A DNA stretch of 64,000 nt from Minisyncoccota bacterium (GTDB lineage Bacteria; Patescibacteriota; Minisyncoccia; Phycocordibacterales; UBA9973). Under the pieces are notes generated by a model, which made no database searches, had not been told where the DNA came from, and was given only the letters and a program-made list of their open reading frames with translations. A program made the position numbers and the translations under genes. Shown here piece after piece: positions 10,266 to 19,949 of this stretch. The stretch's first letter is position 1; each line of letters begins with the position of its first letter. The DNA lies in contig DAOQAL010000001.1 of the NCBI GenBank assembly GCA_035353995.1, positions 4,020-68,019 of the forward strand. Reading direction: 5' to 3'.

Positions 10266-11534
10266 TTAAAATTTTAATATTTTTGAGAATTTGTCCTTTT
10301 CTTTAAATGGACCAATGAGAGCTAAATTTAATTTTTCATCTTTAAATATCTCATTTGCCATTTTTTTTATTTCTTTTGAAGTAACTTTTCTTATTTCTTT
10401 TGCTTTTTCTTCTGCGTTTTTAATTTCTTTTTTAAGAAGTTCTTGTCCACCGTAAAAATTTGCTATATCATCGCTTGATTCGAGAGATAGTTTCATATTT
10501 CCTATCAAACATTCTTTTACTTTATTTAATTCTTCTTCTGAAACTAATTCGGTTTTTAATTTTTTACATTCATCAATAACAGCTTGTATAACTTCTTCGA
10601 TTCTTTTATTGTCTACACCAGCAGAAATTTCAAAAAATCCATGATCAGTATAAACATCATCATAAGCACGAACATAGTAGCCTACTCCCATTTCTTCGCG
10701 CAATTTTTGAAAAAGTCTTGAACTCATTCCTCCACCCAAAACTCCACCCAAAACAGATAATGCAATATTTTTTTTATTAAATAAATCATAAGTGCGAACA
10801 CCAAGAACAAAATGTGTTTGATCGGTATCTTTGAATTTTAATAATGTTTCAGGTGCAGATTGTTGTTCTTTTACTTTTTCTTTTTTAGCTTTTTTACCAC
10901 GAGAAATTTTACCAAATATTTTATTTGCTTCTTTTATAACTTCTTTTTGAGAAAGCTTACCTGCAACAACTAAAACAGTAGCTTCTGGTAGATAGTGAGC
11001 TTTTTTATATTTTACAAAATTTTCTCTTTTCATTTTCAAAATATTTTCTTTCTCTCCTGCAATATTCCAGCCAGCTGGTTGATCTCCGTATAAAAGTTTC
11101 ATAAAAAGATCTTGCACGTGTCTATTTGGCAAATCTTCATACATATTTATTTCTTCAATAATTACTCCTTTTTCTTTTTCAATTTCGGCTTCTGGAAAAG
11201 TAGAATTTAAATAAATGTCAGATACTATATCAAAAATTTTCTTAAAATGTTTAGCGTCAGATTTTGCATAATATCCTGTATATTCTTGTGCTGTAAAAGC
11301 ATTATATTGAGAACCAATAGCATCTAATTCTTTTGAAATATCTATTGCTTTTGGTCTTTTTATTGTCCCCTTGAAACACATGTGCTCAAGAAAATGTGAA
11401 ATACCATTATTATTTTTTTCTTCATATTTAGAACCAGCTTCTACTAACATCAAAACAGTAACCGTTGGATTATCTTTCATCGGCACTGTTATAACTTTCA
11501 AACCATTTTTTAAAACTTTTTTTGTATATTTCAT
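10266..11534 (-). CDS. M16-family zinc metallopeptidase (insulinase/pitrilysin-like)
   Basis: Inverted zincin motif HFLEHM (HxxEH) near the N-terminus, 422 aa, two-lobe M16 size. Confidence 0.8.
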   Translation of the reverse strand: MKYTKKVLKNGLKVITVPMKDNPTVTVLMLVEAGSKYEEKNNNGISHFLEHMCFKGTIKRPKAIDISKELDAIGSQYNAFTAQEYTGYYAKSDAKHFKKIFDIVSDIYLNSTFPEAEIEKEKGVIIEEINMYEDLPNRHVQDLFMKLLYGDQPAGWNIAGEKENILKMKRENFVKYKKAHYLPEATVLVVAGKLSQKEVIKEANKIFGKISRGKKAKKEKVKEQQSAPETLLKFKDTDQTHFVLGVRTYDLFNKKNIALSVLGGVLGGGMSSRLFQKLREEMGVGYYVRAYDDVYTDHGFFEISAGVDNKRIEEVIQAVIDECKKLKTELVSEEELNKVKECLIGNMKLSLESSDDIANFYGGQELLKKEIKNAEEKAKEIRKVTSKEIKKMANEIFKDEKLNLALIGPFKEKDKFSKILKF

Positions 11535-11680
11535 TTGTTTATTCTAATACATTTACAATATATCCTTATATTTATCTAAAAAAACTTTTTAAAGTGTTTA
11601 ATAAAATCAAAATCTTTTTGCATATATTTAATATTAGCACAAAACATTATCTAAAATCTAAACTCCCCAATTAAACAAAA

Positions 11681-11705
11681 TTAAGCAAGGACGGTCCTTG
11701 CTTAA
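11681..11705. repeat. Perfect 25-nt palindrome TTAAGCAAGGACGGTCCTTGCTTAA (REP-like), immediately downstream of the transposase gene
   Basis: 12-bp arms around a single central G. A second copy lies on the other side of the gene at 12409-12432. Confidence 0.7.
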
Positions 11706-11711
11706 TTTTGC

Positions 11712-12380
11712 TTAATTTGTAAAATAATCTTCAACAAAATCTTTAAAGGATGAAACGCCTCCGAAATAATCTGGAAAGTTTTGCGGTTCTATTATATTCT
11801 TCTCTGCCCTTTCAACTTCTAAATAATCTTGATAACTGGAATACCTATAAGATTTTAAAAACTTTTTTATCTCAACGGATGGCTTTTTTATTTGCTTCTT
11901 CCATTCTGGAAATTTTATTTCTAAAGGATTTATATGAATGTATCCAAATAATTGTCTCATATAATTATCATCAAATCCAATTAATTTTGATTTAAATAAT
12001 CCTCCAAATAAAGCCCCCGATCTTTGATATTTAATATTAAAAAACATAGCATAACTAGTCCCAAGTTTTTTCATAAACCTAGTTATTCCACCATCAACTT
12101 CTTGTCTAACCAATAGATGAAAGTGATTACTCATCAAACACCATGCACCAATAGAAACTAATGGCTCACCTTTATCCAAAACTAAAACTTCATCAAGGGT
12201 TTTATGTTGCTGATTTATTAAATTATCAAGGCGAAAAGATCCTTTTTGCGTGTTGGAAATATATAAAAGCATAATAAATCGTTCGTAATCTCTATTTGAT
12301 TTAAAAATTACTCTTTTATCTATTCCACGATTGTAAATATGATAATACTCCCCTGTCACGAATGGATCTTTTCTAAGCAT
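11712..12380 (-). CDS. IS200/IS605-type Y1 (HUH) transposase, RAYT-like
   Basis: Y1_Tnp signatures: N-terminal YHIYNRGIDKRVIF, the HUH motif in WCLMSNHFHLLV, and catalytic Tyr candidates downstream (YIHINP...). It is flanked on both sides by the same palindrome. Confidence 0.75.
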   Translation of the reverse strand: MLRKDPFVTGEYYHIYNRGIDKRVIFKSNRDYERFIMLLYISNTQKGSFRLDNLINQQHKTLDEVLVLDKGEPLVSIGAWCLMSNHFHLLVRQEVDGGITRFMKKLGTSYAMFFNIKYQRSGALFGGLFKSKLIGFDDNYMRQLFGYIHINPLEIKFPEWKKQIKKPSVEIKKFLKSYRYSSYQDYLEVERAEKNIIEPQNFPDYFGGVSSFKDFVEDYFTN

Positions 12381-12408
12381 CTATAGATTATAGTAAATGA
12401 ACAACACA

Positions 12409-12446
12409 TTAAGCAAGGACGGTCCTTGCTTACGGTCCTTGCTTAA
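12409..12446. repeat. Second copy of the REP-like palindrome with a tandemly duplicated right arm (TTAAGCAAGGACGGTCCTTGCTTA + CGGTCCTTGCTTAA)
   Basis: Same 24/25 nt as the copy at 11681-11705, followed by an extra CGGTCCTTGCTTAA half-site. Confidence 0.7.
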
Positions 12447-12448
12447 TT

Positions 12449-13774
12449 TTATGAAATTTCTTTTTTTATGAAATCAATAAGATTTGCAACCTTAACTCTC
12501 TCTTGTTTAGCAGTATCCCTATCGCGAACTGTCACTGCATCATCTTTTAGGGTATCAAAATCAACCACTATACAAAATGGTGTGCCTATTTCATCTTGTC
12601 GGCGATAACGTTTTCCAATATTGCCATTATCATCCCAAATTACTCGTCCAAATTCTTCTTTTAGTGGGGCAAAAACTTTTGTATTTGCGTATTCAACAAG
12701 TTCAGTTTTGTTTTTAAGAAGTGGAGAAACTGCACAAATTATTGGAGCTATACTTGGTTTAAATTTTAAATATGCTCTTATTTCTCCATCTTTTTCATCT
12801 TCTGCATAAGAAGAAAGTAAAAGTGCAAGAATTGCTCTATCAACACCAAATGTAGGTTCAATAACATGTGGAGTTATTTTTCCTTCACCTTCTTCATCTA
12901 CAAATTCAAGACCGTGGTTTTTCAAATCAAAATCAGTTCTATAAGCAAGACCGAAAAGTTCTTTTTGTCCAAAAGGATATTCAAATTCAAAATCAACTGT
13001 TCTACTTGAATAATGTGCTCTATCCCCTTCCTCTATTTCTACTTCATGAATTTTATTCATATCAATACCAACTTCTTCAATCCATTCAAGCATTTCTCCT
13101 TTCCAATATTCAAAATATTTTTCCCAATCTTCTTTTCTTGTGAAATATTCTATTTCCATCTGTTCAAATTCTCGAACTCTAAAAATAAAATCACGCGGAG
13201 TTATTTCATTTCTAAATGCTTTACCTATTTGAGCAATACCAAATGGAAGTTTAGGATGAAAAGCATCAACTGTATTTTTAAAATTAACAAAAATACCTTG
13301 TGCTGTTTCTGGACGGAGATATGAAATTGCAGAAGAATCTTCAGAAGCACCAATTTTAGTTTCAAACATCATATTGAATTTTTTTATTTCACCTAATTTA
13401 TTGCCACATTTAGGACATTTTTTAGGATCATCAATTTGATCTGCCCGAAATTTTTTATTGCACTTTTTACACTCAACCATTGGATCAGCAAAATTTTCAA
13501 CATGCCCAGCTTTTTGCCATACTTCTTGTCGCATTAATATAGAAGCATCAATTCCATACATATCTCTACGAGAATCTACAAATTTTTTCCACCAAGAATT
13601 TTTTACATTATTTTTAAGAGCGACGCCAAAATGTCCCCAGTCATATATACCTCCAAGTCCACCATAAATTTCTGAACCAGGAAAAATAAAACCACGTCTC
13701 TTGCAAAGAGATACTATTTTTTCCATCAAATCATTATCAATTTTTTCTTTTTTATCCATAATTATTTTATTCAA
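12449..13774 (-). CDS. glyQS: Glycyl-tRNA synthetase, dimeric alpha2 type
   Basis: N-terminal KRRGFIFPGSEIYGGLGGIYDWGHFG is the GlyRS hallmark. Class II motifs follow, with an inserted Zn-ribbon CKKCNKKF...CPKCGNK. Confidence 0.85.
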   Translation of the reverse strand: MNKIIMDKKEKIDNDLMEKIVSLCKRRGFIFPGSEIYGGLGGIYDWGHFGVALKNNVKNSWWKKFVDSRRDMYGIDASILMRQEVWQKAGHVENFADPMVECKKCNKKFRADQIDDPKKCPKCGNKLGEIKKFNMMFETKIGASEDSSAISYLRPETAQGIFVNFKNTVDAFHPKLPFGIAQIGKAFRNEITPRDFIFRVREFEQMEIEYFTRKEDWEKYFEYWKGEMLEWIEEVGIDMNKIHEVEIEEGDRAHYSSRTVDFEFEYPFGQKELFGLAYRTDFDLKNHGLEFVDEEGEGKITPHVIEPTFGVDRAILALLLSSYAEDEKDGEIRAYLKFKPSIAPIICAVSPLLKNKTELVEYANTKVFAPLKEEFGRVIWDDNGNIGKRYRRQDEIGTPFCIVVDFDTLKDDAVTVRDRDTAKQERVKVANLIDFIKKEIS

Positions 13775-15695
13775 TTACTCTAGCACCTGTTGGCACGAAA
13801 GATGGGTCACTTGTTAGTAAAGTATTTAATGATGATTTATTTACTTTAACATCAACATTAGCAAAATCATCATGTCCGGTCAAAGTCGTATCATTTATAA
13901 TCACTGGCATTGAACCGACTTGAGAAAGAGAAGGGGTAAAACCAATTTGGAAACTTACTTCTCTCTCTGTATCTGTAATGCCAGTACCGCGTGGCACTCC
14001 TCCTATACTCCATAATATTTCTCTCGTAGAAGCATTGTAAGATAAATCTTCTGTTGGAGGAGAAATTGTTCCAATAAACTTTGCCCATTTAGGCAAAGTA
14101 GAACGCACTTGTGTTCCTGAAATATTGTTTGATGTATTAGAAAGTGACCATACTATTGTATAAGTTGTTTCTCCTTCTGCTTTAGGAGGAATGCTTCCTG
14201 TATTTGTGAATGGGCCTGAATAATATAAAGCTTTTGTATTAAGACCAACATTCGAAATAATTTTAATTATCTTTGATTCTGAATTATCTAAACTCTTAAC
14301 TTCATCACCTAACAATGGTTGTTTTGCAGATATTGAAACATCTATTTGTATTGTCGGTTCAGAAAGCATTCCACTTGATGCTGTATAAAGAGGCAATGAT
14401 GACAAAGAAAAGTTTACAGAACCAGAATCTCCTGGATTTACTTCTGCAAATTTATTTTGATTATTTTTATCCCAGATAATAGTATCTATTGAAGAATTAT
14501 AATAACCTTGATTTACTTCTATTGTTTTACGATTTACAGCATTACCAGAAATTTTTGCACGAATTTCCATATCACTAACAGCTGTATCGAAGTTATTAGC
14601 CCAATTTATTTCTCCTGTAATCGTCGTGCTTGAATCTATTGCATATTCTCTCTGATATACGCCATTTACAACTAATTTTGCTTCTATAAATGGTTGTTTT
14701 ATAGCAACCGTATGTCCTAAAGAATTAAATACAATTCCTATCATAGATTTATCTGAGTCGCTTTGTGAACCACTAAAAATATGAAATGTTTTTTCTTCTC
14801 CATCAGAGACATCAATCATTTTTCCAACAATAGAAATATCTCTTTCTGTGCCGGGAGAAAGATCGCCTAAGCTCCATACATTATTACCCAATGATGGAGA
14901 TGGTGTAGCAGATTCAAATTGAAAACCTACAGGATAATCTAATTTAACTAAAATATTTGAAGCCGACTTGGTAGCATTTAATACTGCTTTCACATTTAAA
15001 ACAATATCTTGATTCTGAGTAACTTCTGTAGGAGCTTCTATAGACAGATCAATAGGAGCAGAACTTATTGAAACATCATATAATTTATCTTTTAAGAATA
15101 TAGCATTTGAATTTTGAACTCTATATTCTAAAGAAACTTTAATTTGGCGTGTGCTTCCTTGTTCACCAAAAAGAATAACTTTTACATTGCTTGTTTTTAC
15201 TCCGCCAGAAGGTATTGTTCCAAGTGATTCACGAACACGTTCAACTTCACCAGATAAATCACCTGAAGAACTTTTTGGATATTCTATAAGCAAATCAGCT
15301 AATTCAAGCGGTGAATTATTTTTATTTGTAATCTCTACTTGTAATGGAAGTTCTTCACCTCCTGCAGTAAATGTATTTCCAAGAATAGCAATTTCAATAT
15401 TACTGTTTGAAACAGTATTGCCACCAGCAAAAAACATATACGAAGCGTAACCGATAGCCAAAATAAAAAATGCTATTGAAAAAATAAAAAATTTTTTAAA
15501 CATAGATGTTTTTTTGAAGAATTTTTCTTGTAAATTCGCTGTACCTTTCTTTTCGTTTTCCCAAGAGTCTGGCACGTCTTTTTCTGCAAAATGTAAAAAA
15601 TTACTGCGAAGCTCTCTCTTTGTTTCATAATTTCTACTATTAAGTTTCGTTTTTATCTCTTCTATTCTATTTAACTTTTCATCGTCCTCTTGCAT
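13767..15695 (-). CDS. Large membrane-anchored extracytoplasmic protein, function unknown
   Basis: A 642-aa protein: about 70-aa charged N-terminal region, one TM helix (FFIFSIAFFILAIGYASYMFFA), then about 540 aa of Ser/Thr/Asn-rich, probably beta-rich ectodomain. Confidence 0.45.
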   Translation of the reverse strand: MQEDDEKLNRIEEIKTKLNSRNYETKRELRSNFLHFAEKDVPDSWENEKKGTANLQEKFFKKTSMFKKFFIFSIAFFILAIGYASYMFFAGGNTVSNSNIEIAILGNTFTAGGEELPLQVEITNKNNSPLELADLLIEYPKSSSGDLSGEVERVRESLGTIPSGGVKTSNVKVILFGEQGSTRQIKVSLEYRVQNSNAIFLKDKLYDVSISSAPIDLSIEAPTEVTQNQDIVLNVKAVLNATKSASNILVKLDYPVGFQFESATPSPSLGNNVWSLGDLSPGTERDISIVGKMIDVSDGEEKTFHIFSGSQSDSDKSMIGIVFNSLGHTVAIKQPFIEAKLVVNGVYQREYAIDSSTTITGEINWANNFDTAVSDMEIRAKISGNAVNRKTIEVNQGYYNSSIDTIIWDKNNQNKFAEVNPGDSGSVNFSLSSLPLYTASSGMLSEPTIQIDVSISAKQPLLGDEVKSLDNSESKIIKIISNVGLNTKALYYSGPFTNTGSIPPKAEGETTYTIVWSLSNTSNNISGTQVRSTLPKWAKFIGTISPPTEDLSYNASTREILWSIGGVPRGTGITDTEREVSFQIGFTPSLSQVGSMPVIINDTTLTGHDDFANVDVKVNKSSLNTLLTSDPSFVPTGARVIE

Positions 15696-15744
15696 ATTTC
15701 AATTATACATCGTGAATTCGTTTTTAACAAAACTTGACTTAATA

Positions 15745-16326
15745 TTACAAATGACTTTCACTAATAGCCTTATTTATCTCTGAAAGAATTTTTGTTCTCT
15801 TTTTGTCAGCTTCTAATACAAGTTTTTCATCAAAAGGAGTTTTAATTATCGTATTCAAAGAATTACTTGCACCGATATAACCTAAGTTGCTCAAAATTCT
15901 CAAAACTATTATGGCTTCAATATTTTGCAATTCATTTTTTGATTTTGATTTTTCTAAAAAAGACAAACCATTTAATAAATCATCGAATAAAGAAGAATTT
16001 GGCTCTTCACCAGCAAGTAACCTTTTTAGTAAATTTGATATGTTCGCAAAAATCATAAGTTTTTGTTTTTCTTTTTTTATTTCTTCAAGCTCTGGCGTTT
16101 TCAATGCATTTGTAATTCTCCAGTAATCTTTTCCACGTACAAAATCAATTTTTACATGAGAAAAATCTTGCAAAACGAAACGAAGTTTAGAAGAAATTTT
16201 TCTAATACCTTGAGCACTAGCATAAATCATTCCTAAGTCGCGAGTAAAAATAGCGTAGCTACGATCAGCCTCTTTAGTATTTCTACTGCTAAGTATTATA
16301 CCCTCCGTATGATAAATATGATGCAT
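15745..16326 (-). CDS. recO: DNA repair protein RecO (short form)
   Basis: N-terminal OB-fold signature TEGIILSSRNTKEADRSYAIFTRDLGMIYASAQGIRKISSKL...RGKDYWRIT matches the RecO consensus (EGIVLR..YGE.D.I..L.T...G...A.A.G.R...S). At 193 aa it lacks the Zn module. Confidence 0.6.
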   Translation of the reverse strand: MHHIYHTEGIILSSRNTKEADRSYAIFTRDLGMIYASAQGIRKISSKLRFVLQDFSHVKIDFVRGKDYWRITNALKTPELEEIKKEKQKLMIFANISNLLKRLLAGEEPNSSLFDDLLNGLSFLEKSKSKNELQNIEAIIVLRILSNLGYIGASNSLNTIIKTPFDEKLVLEADKKRTKILSEINKAISESHL

Positions 16327-19300
16327 TATTTCTCAATCTTTATTCGAAAAACAAGATTGTCGATTTTGATTTCCTCGCCTTGGTTTTCAGAAAATTTTAT
16401 TTCGGATGCCAAAACTGTTTTCTTTATATCTTTTTCAAATTTTTTAATTAATTTTTCTCCATCTTCTTGTGTCTTAATAAAGAGAACAATATTATCATTC
16501 GGTGTAAGTCCAGCCTTTTTACGCATATCTTGTACTGCTCGCACAAATTCTCTATAATTTCCTTCTTCTTTTAATTCTAGCGTTATTTCCATATCAAGTA
16601 AAACTTCTGTTTCAATATTTTTATTTTCTAGAACATCTTTTACATTTAATTCATCTTTTATAAGTTCTAAATATTTTTTATCAAGAGATAAATTTTTTAT
16701 TTCCATCTTTGCAAGAGGTTGTCTTACCGGAATTCCTCCTTTTTGTCTTTTTTCAAGTCCAATAGAAACAATTTTTCTTACATCTTCCATATTTTTTATT
16801 ATTTCTTGGTCTACTTTTTTATTTTCTGGCCAGCTTGCAAGATGTATACTTTCTTCATCTTTAAAGTTTTTTAACTTCAACCATATATCTTCGGCAGTAA
16901 ACGGAGCAAATGGAGCTATAATCTTAGATAGATTTTTTAAAACGAAGTACAAAGTCTGTCTAGCTTCACCATAATCCTTAAGAGTAATAGGCCTACTTGC
17001 TTCTTCTTTAATTCGATCACGAGAACGACGTAAATACCAAGTAGAAAGATCATTTATAAAATCACGAATTGCTCTTGTTGGCTCTAGAACTCTATAATTA
17101 TCCATATTTTCTACACAAAGAATATTTAATTCATCTAATTTAGACACAATCCACTGATCTAAAATATTTTCTGATTTTTTATATTCCAATTTTTCCAATT
17201 CAATGTCTCTATATAGTTCATAAAAAGCAAGCACATTATAAAGTAAACCAAAAACTTGTCGATGAAGTTCAACAACAGTTTTTTCATCAAAGTTTTTTGA
17301 TTCACCAGGCTGGTTTACTCCGTACATCCAAAGACGAAGAGTATCTACTCCATATTTATTAATCATTGACCATGGATCTACAACATTTCCAATAGACTTA
17401 GACATTTTTTTACCATTTGCATCCAAAAGTAAACCTAAACAAATAACATTTTTATATGCTTTACCTCGCCCCATTAATGTTCCCACAGCATGCAAAGTGT
17501 AAAACCATCCACGAGTTTGATCTATTGCTTCAGAAATAAAATCAGCCGGATATTTCAAATTTTTATTTTCAAAAAGTCCACCTTTAGCAAAATCGAATGG
17601 ATAATGATCCTGAGAAAACGGCATAGTTCCCGAATCAAGCCAAACATCCATTACTTCTTTTGTCCTTTCTAATTTTCCTCCACAAACTTGCCCTGAGCCT
17701 GTTGAATTAGAACAAATAAGTTCCGCCTCATCAATATAAGGTTTGTGTAAGTCTGGCATATAATCCTCGTCATGTGGCAGAGAAACAAATCCGAATTCTT
17801 TTATTTCTGCATTGTTTATAGAAACCAGAGGATCATGTTTGCTAGATAAATCCGAAAAAGAAAGTCCTTTCACAATAAAACTAATTGCTCGACTGGTTGA
17901 ACCTTGATGTCCTATAATTAAAATATTTTTATTATTATATTTTTTCTCAATTTCGTATAAGAATTCACCAACCCTTTTTACTAACTCCGCAAAACTTTCA
18001 CCACCAGGAAGAGATTCTTTCGGACTATCTAAGTAATCAAGGTCATAATATTTTTTAAATTCAGAGCGATCCTTTTTGTCAAAAACATTACTGGTTTCCA
18101 TCTCTTTTATACGGTCATCAAAAATTACTTTTTCAATTGGAAATCCAGTTTGTTTACAAAAGATCTCGGCTGTTTCTTTTGTACGTTCAAAAGGTGAAGA
18201 TATAATAATATCAATTTTTTCTTTGAAGTTTTTTGCACTTTCTATAACTTGCTCTTTGCCATTTTCTGTTAGTTTTGCACTATGATGTATATCTCTGGAA
18301 TTAACATTATCTTTAGCTATATTATTCATTGCTTCACCATGTCGCATAACAAAATATCTATTGCCTGATTTTTTAGTTTTTTCTTTCAAGTCAGCCACAC
18401 TGCCTATAACTTCTAATTTTCCACATTTACTGCATGTCCAAACAGGAAGTGGTGTTCCCCAATATCTCTCTCTGGAAATTGCCCAATCTTTTATTTCACG
18501 AAGCCATTCACCAAAACGTCCTTCTTTTATATGTGCTGGTTCCCAATTAATACCTTCGTTCTCTTTTACAAGTTTGTCTCTCAAAGATGACATTTTTATA
18601 TACCAAGAATCTCGTGCGTAATAAATAAGCGCAGTTTTACATCTCCAACAATGTGGATATGAGTGTTCGTATTTTTCTTTTTTTAATAAAAGTTCACGAT
18701 GTGCTAAGTCTTTTATAATATCTACAGCTACATCTTCATCACGAACAAATCTTCCTTCAAGAAAACCTGTTCCTGCTAAAAATTTTCCATCAAGACCAAC
18801 TAAATGATGTTTTGGTAAACCAATTTCTGTGCCCAGCATGAAGTCATCTTGTCCATACATTACAGCAGTATGCACAACTCCAGTTCCATCTTCAGTAGTA
18901 ACAAAACTAGCTGGATAAACTTTAAATGATTTTTCTAAATTCTCACCTTTTTTCTCAAGTTGTTCTTTCAAAAATGGATAAAGTGGTTCATATTCTAAAC
19001 CAATTAAATCTTTACCTTTAACCACATTTAATACCCTCTCCTCATGTGCCTCACCCATTAAATAAAGATCCATAAGATTTTGATTTTTAGGACCATTTTT
19101 ATCAACAACGGTATCTGGTGAAAAAATATATGAATTTCTAGTTCCATCATTTTCTGTTTTTGTAATAATCCAATATTTAACATTTTTATTTATAGCAAGC
19201 GCAACATTTCCTGGCAAAGTCCAAGGGGTAGTAGTCCATGCTATTATGTATGTATTTTCTGTTGTAGTGAAATTATCTATTTTCTGTCCAACTTTTAATT

Positions 19301-19934
19301 TAAATTTTACATAGACAGATAAATCTTTTACGTCTTGATAGCCTTGAGCAAGTTCATGGGAAGAAAGAGCTGTTCCACATCGTGGACACCATGGTACAAC
19401 TTTATAATCTTTATAAAGTAATTTTTGTTTATCTACTTCTTTTACTACATTCCAAACAGATTCAATATAATTATTGTGATATGTAACGTATGGATTTTTT
19501 TGATCAACCCAAAAACCAATTCGCTCTGTAAATTTTTCCCAAAGATCTACGTATTGCCAAACACTTTCTTTACATTTTTTATTAAATTTAGCAACTCCGT
19601 ATTCTTCAATTTCTTTTTTTGATTTTAAACCGAGTTCTTTTTCAACTTGCAATTCTACAGGCAAACCATGAGTATCCCAACCTCCTTTTCTGCGAACATA
19701 ATACCCTTTCATTGTTTTGTAACGTGGAATAACATCTTTAAAAGCTCTTGCTTCTAAATGATGAATTCCAGGTTTACCATTTGCAGTAGGTGGACCTTCG
19801 TAAAAAACGAAATCACCACTTGGTGCTTCTTTTTCTAAAGATTTTTCAAAAATTTTATTTTCTTTCCAAAATTTTAAAACTGCTTCTTCTTTTTTTGCTA
19901 TCTCACTTTTGTTTTTGTTTTCTTCTTTGTCCAT
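16326..19934 (-). CDS. ileS: Isoleucyl-tRNA synthetase with an embedded histidine-phosphatase-like domain
   Basis: Carries PPTANGKPGIHH (HIGH region), a CP1 editing region with TTPWTLP, WCPRCGTAL and WTCSKCG zinc knuckles, KMSKS (KKMSKSIGN) and an anticodon-binding C-terminus. It is 1202 aa because of an insertion of about 200 aa at residues ~525-725 (see findings). Confidence 0.9.
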   Translation of the reverse strand: MDKEENKNKSEIAKKEEAVLKFWKENKIFEKSLEKEAPSGDFVFYEGPPTANGKPGIHHLEARAFKDVIPRYKTMKGYYVRRKGGWDTHGLPVELQVEKELGLKSKKEIEEYGVAKFNKKCKESVWQYVDLWEKFTERIGFWVDQKNPYVTYHNNYIESVWNVVKEVDKQKLLYKDYKVVPWCPRCGTALSSHELAQGYQDVKDLSVYVKFKLKVGQKIDNFTTTENTYIIAWTTTPWTLPGNVALAINKNVKYWIITKTENDGTRNSYIFSPDTVVDKNGPKNQNLMDLYLMGEAHEERVLNVVKGKDLIGLEYEPLYPFLKEQLEKKGENLEKSFKVYPASFVTTEDGTGVVHTAVMYGQDDFMLGTEIGLPKHHLVGLDGKFLAGTGFLEGRFVRDEDVAVDIIKDLAHRELLLKKEKYEHSYPHCWRCKTALIYYARDSWYIKMSSLRDKLVKENEGINWEPAHIKEGRFGEWLREIKDWAISRERYWGTPLPVWTCSKCGKLEVIGSVADLKEKTKKSGNRYFVMRHGEAMNNIAKDNVNSRDIHHSAKLTENGKEQVIESAKNFKEKIDIIISSPFERTKETAEIFCKQTGFPIEKVIFDDRIKEMETSNVFDKKDRSEFKKYYDLDYLDSPKESLPGGESFAELVKRVGEFLYEIEKKYNNKNILIIGHQGSTSRAISFIVKGLSFSDLSSKHDPLVSINNAEIKEFGFVSLPHDEDYMPDLHKPYIDEAELICSNSTGSGQVCGGKLERTKEVMDVWLDSGTMPFSQDHYPFDFAKGGLFENKNLKYPADFISEAIDQTRGWFYTLHAVGTLMGRGKAYKNVICLGLLLDANGKKMSKSIGNVVDPWSMINKYGVDTLRLWMYGVNQPGESKNFDEKTVVELHRQVFGLLYNVLAFYELYRDIELEKLEYKKSENILDQWIVSKLDELNILCVENMDNYRVLEPTRAIRDFINDLSTWYLRRSRDRIKEEASRPITLKDYGEARQTLYFVLKNLSKIIAPFAPFTAEDIWLKLKNFKDEESIHLASWPENKKVDQEIIKNMEDVRKIVSIGLEKRQKGGIPVRQPLAKMEIKNLSLDKKYLELIKDELNVKDVLENKNIETEVLLDMEITLELKEEGNYREFVRAVQDMRKKAGLTPNDNIVLFIKTQEDGEKLIKKFEKDIKKTVLASEIKFSENQGEEIKIDNLVFRIKIEK

Positions 19935-19949
19935 AAAAAATATTTATTA

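Larger units (their letters stand above)
11681..12446 (-). mobile_element. REPtron-like unit: RAYT/IS200-family transposase gene bracketed by palindromic repeats
   Basis: The palindrome at 11681-11705 and a palindrome plus duplicated half-arm at 12409-12446 bracket a 669-bp Y1 transposase ORF. Total size (about 770 bp) is in the IS200 range. Confidence 0.6.
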
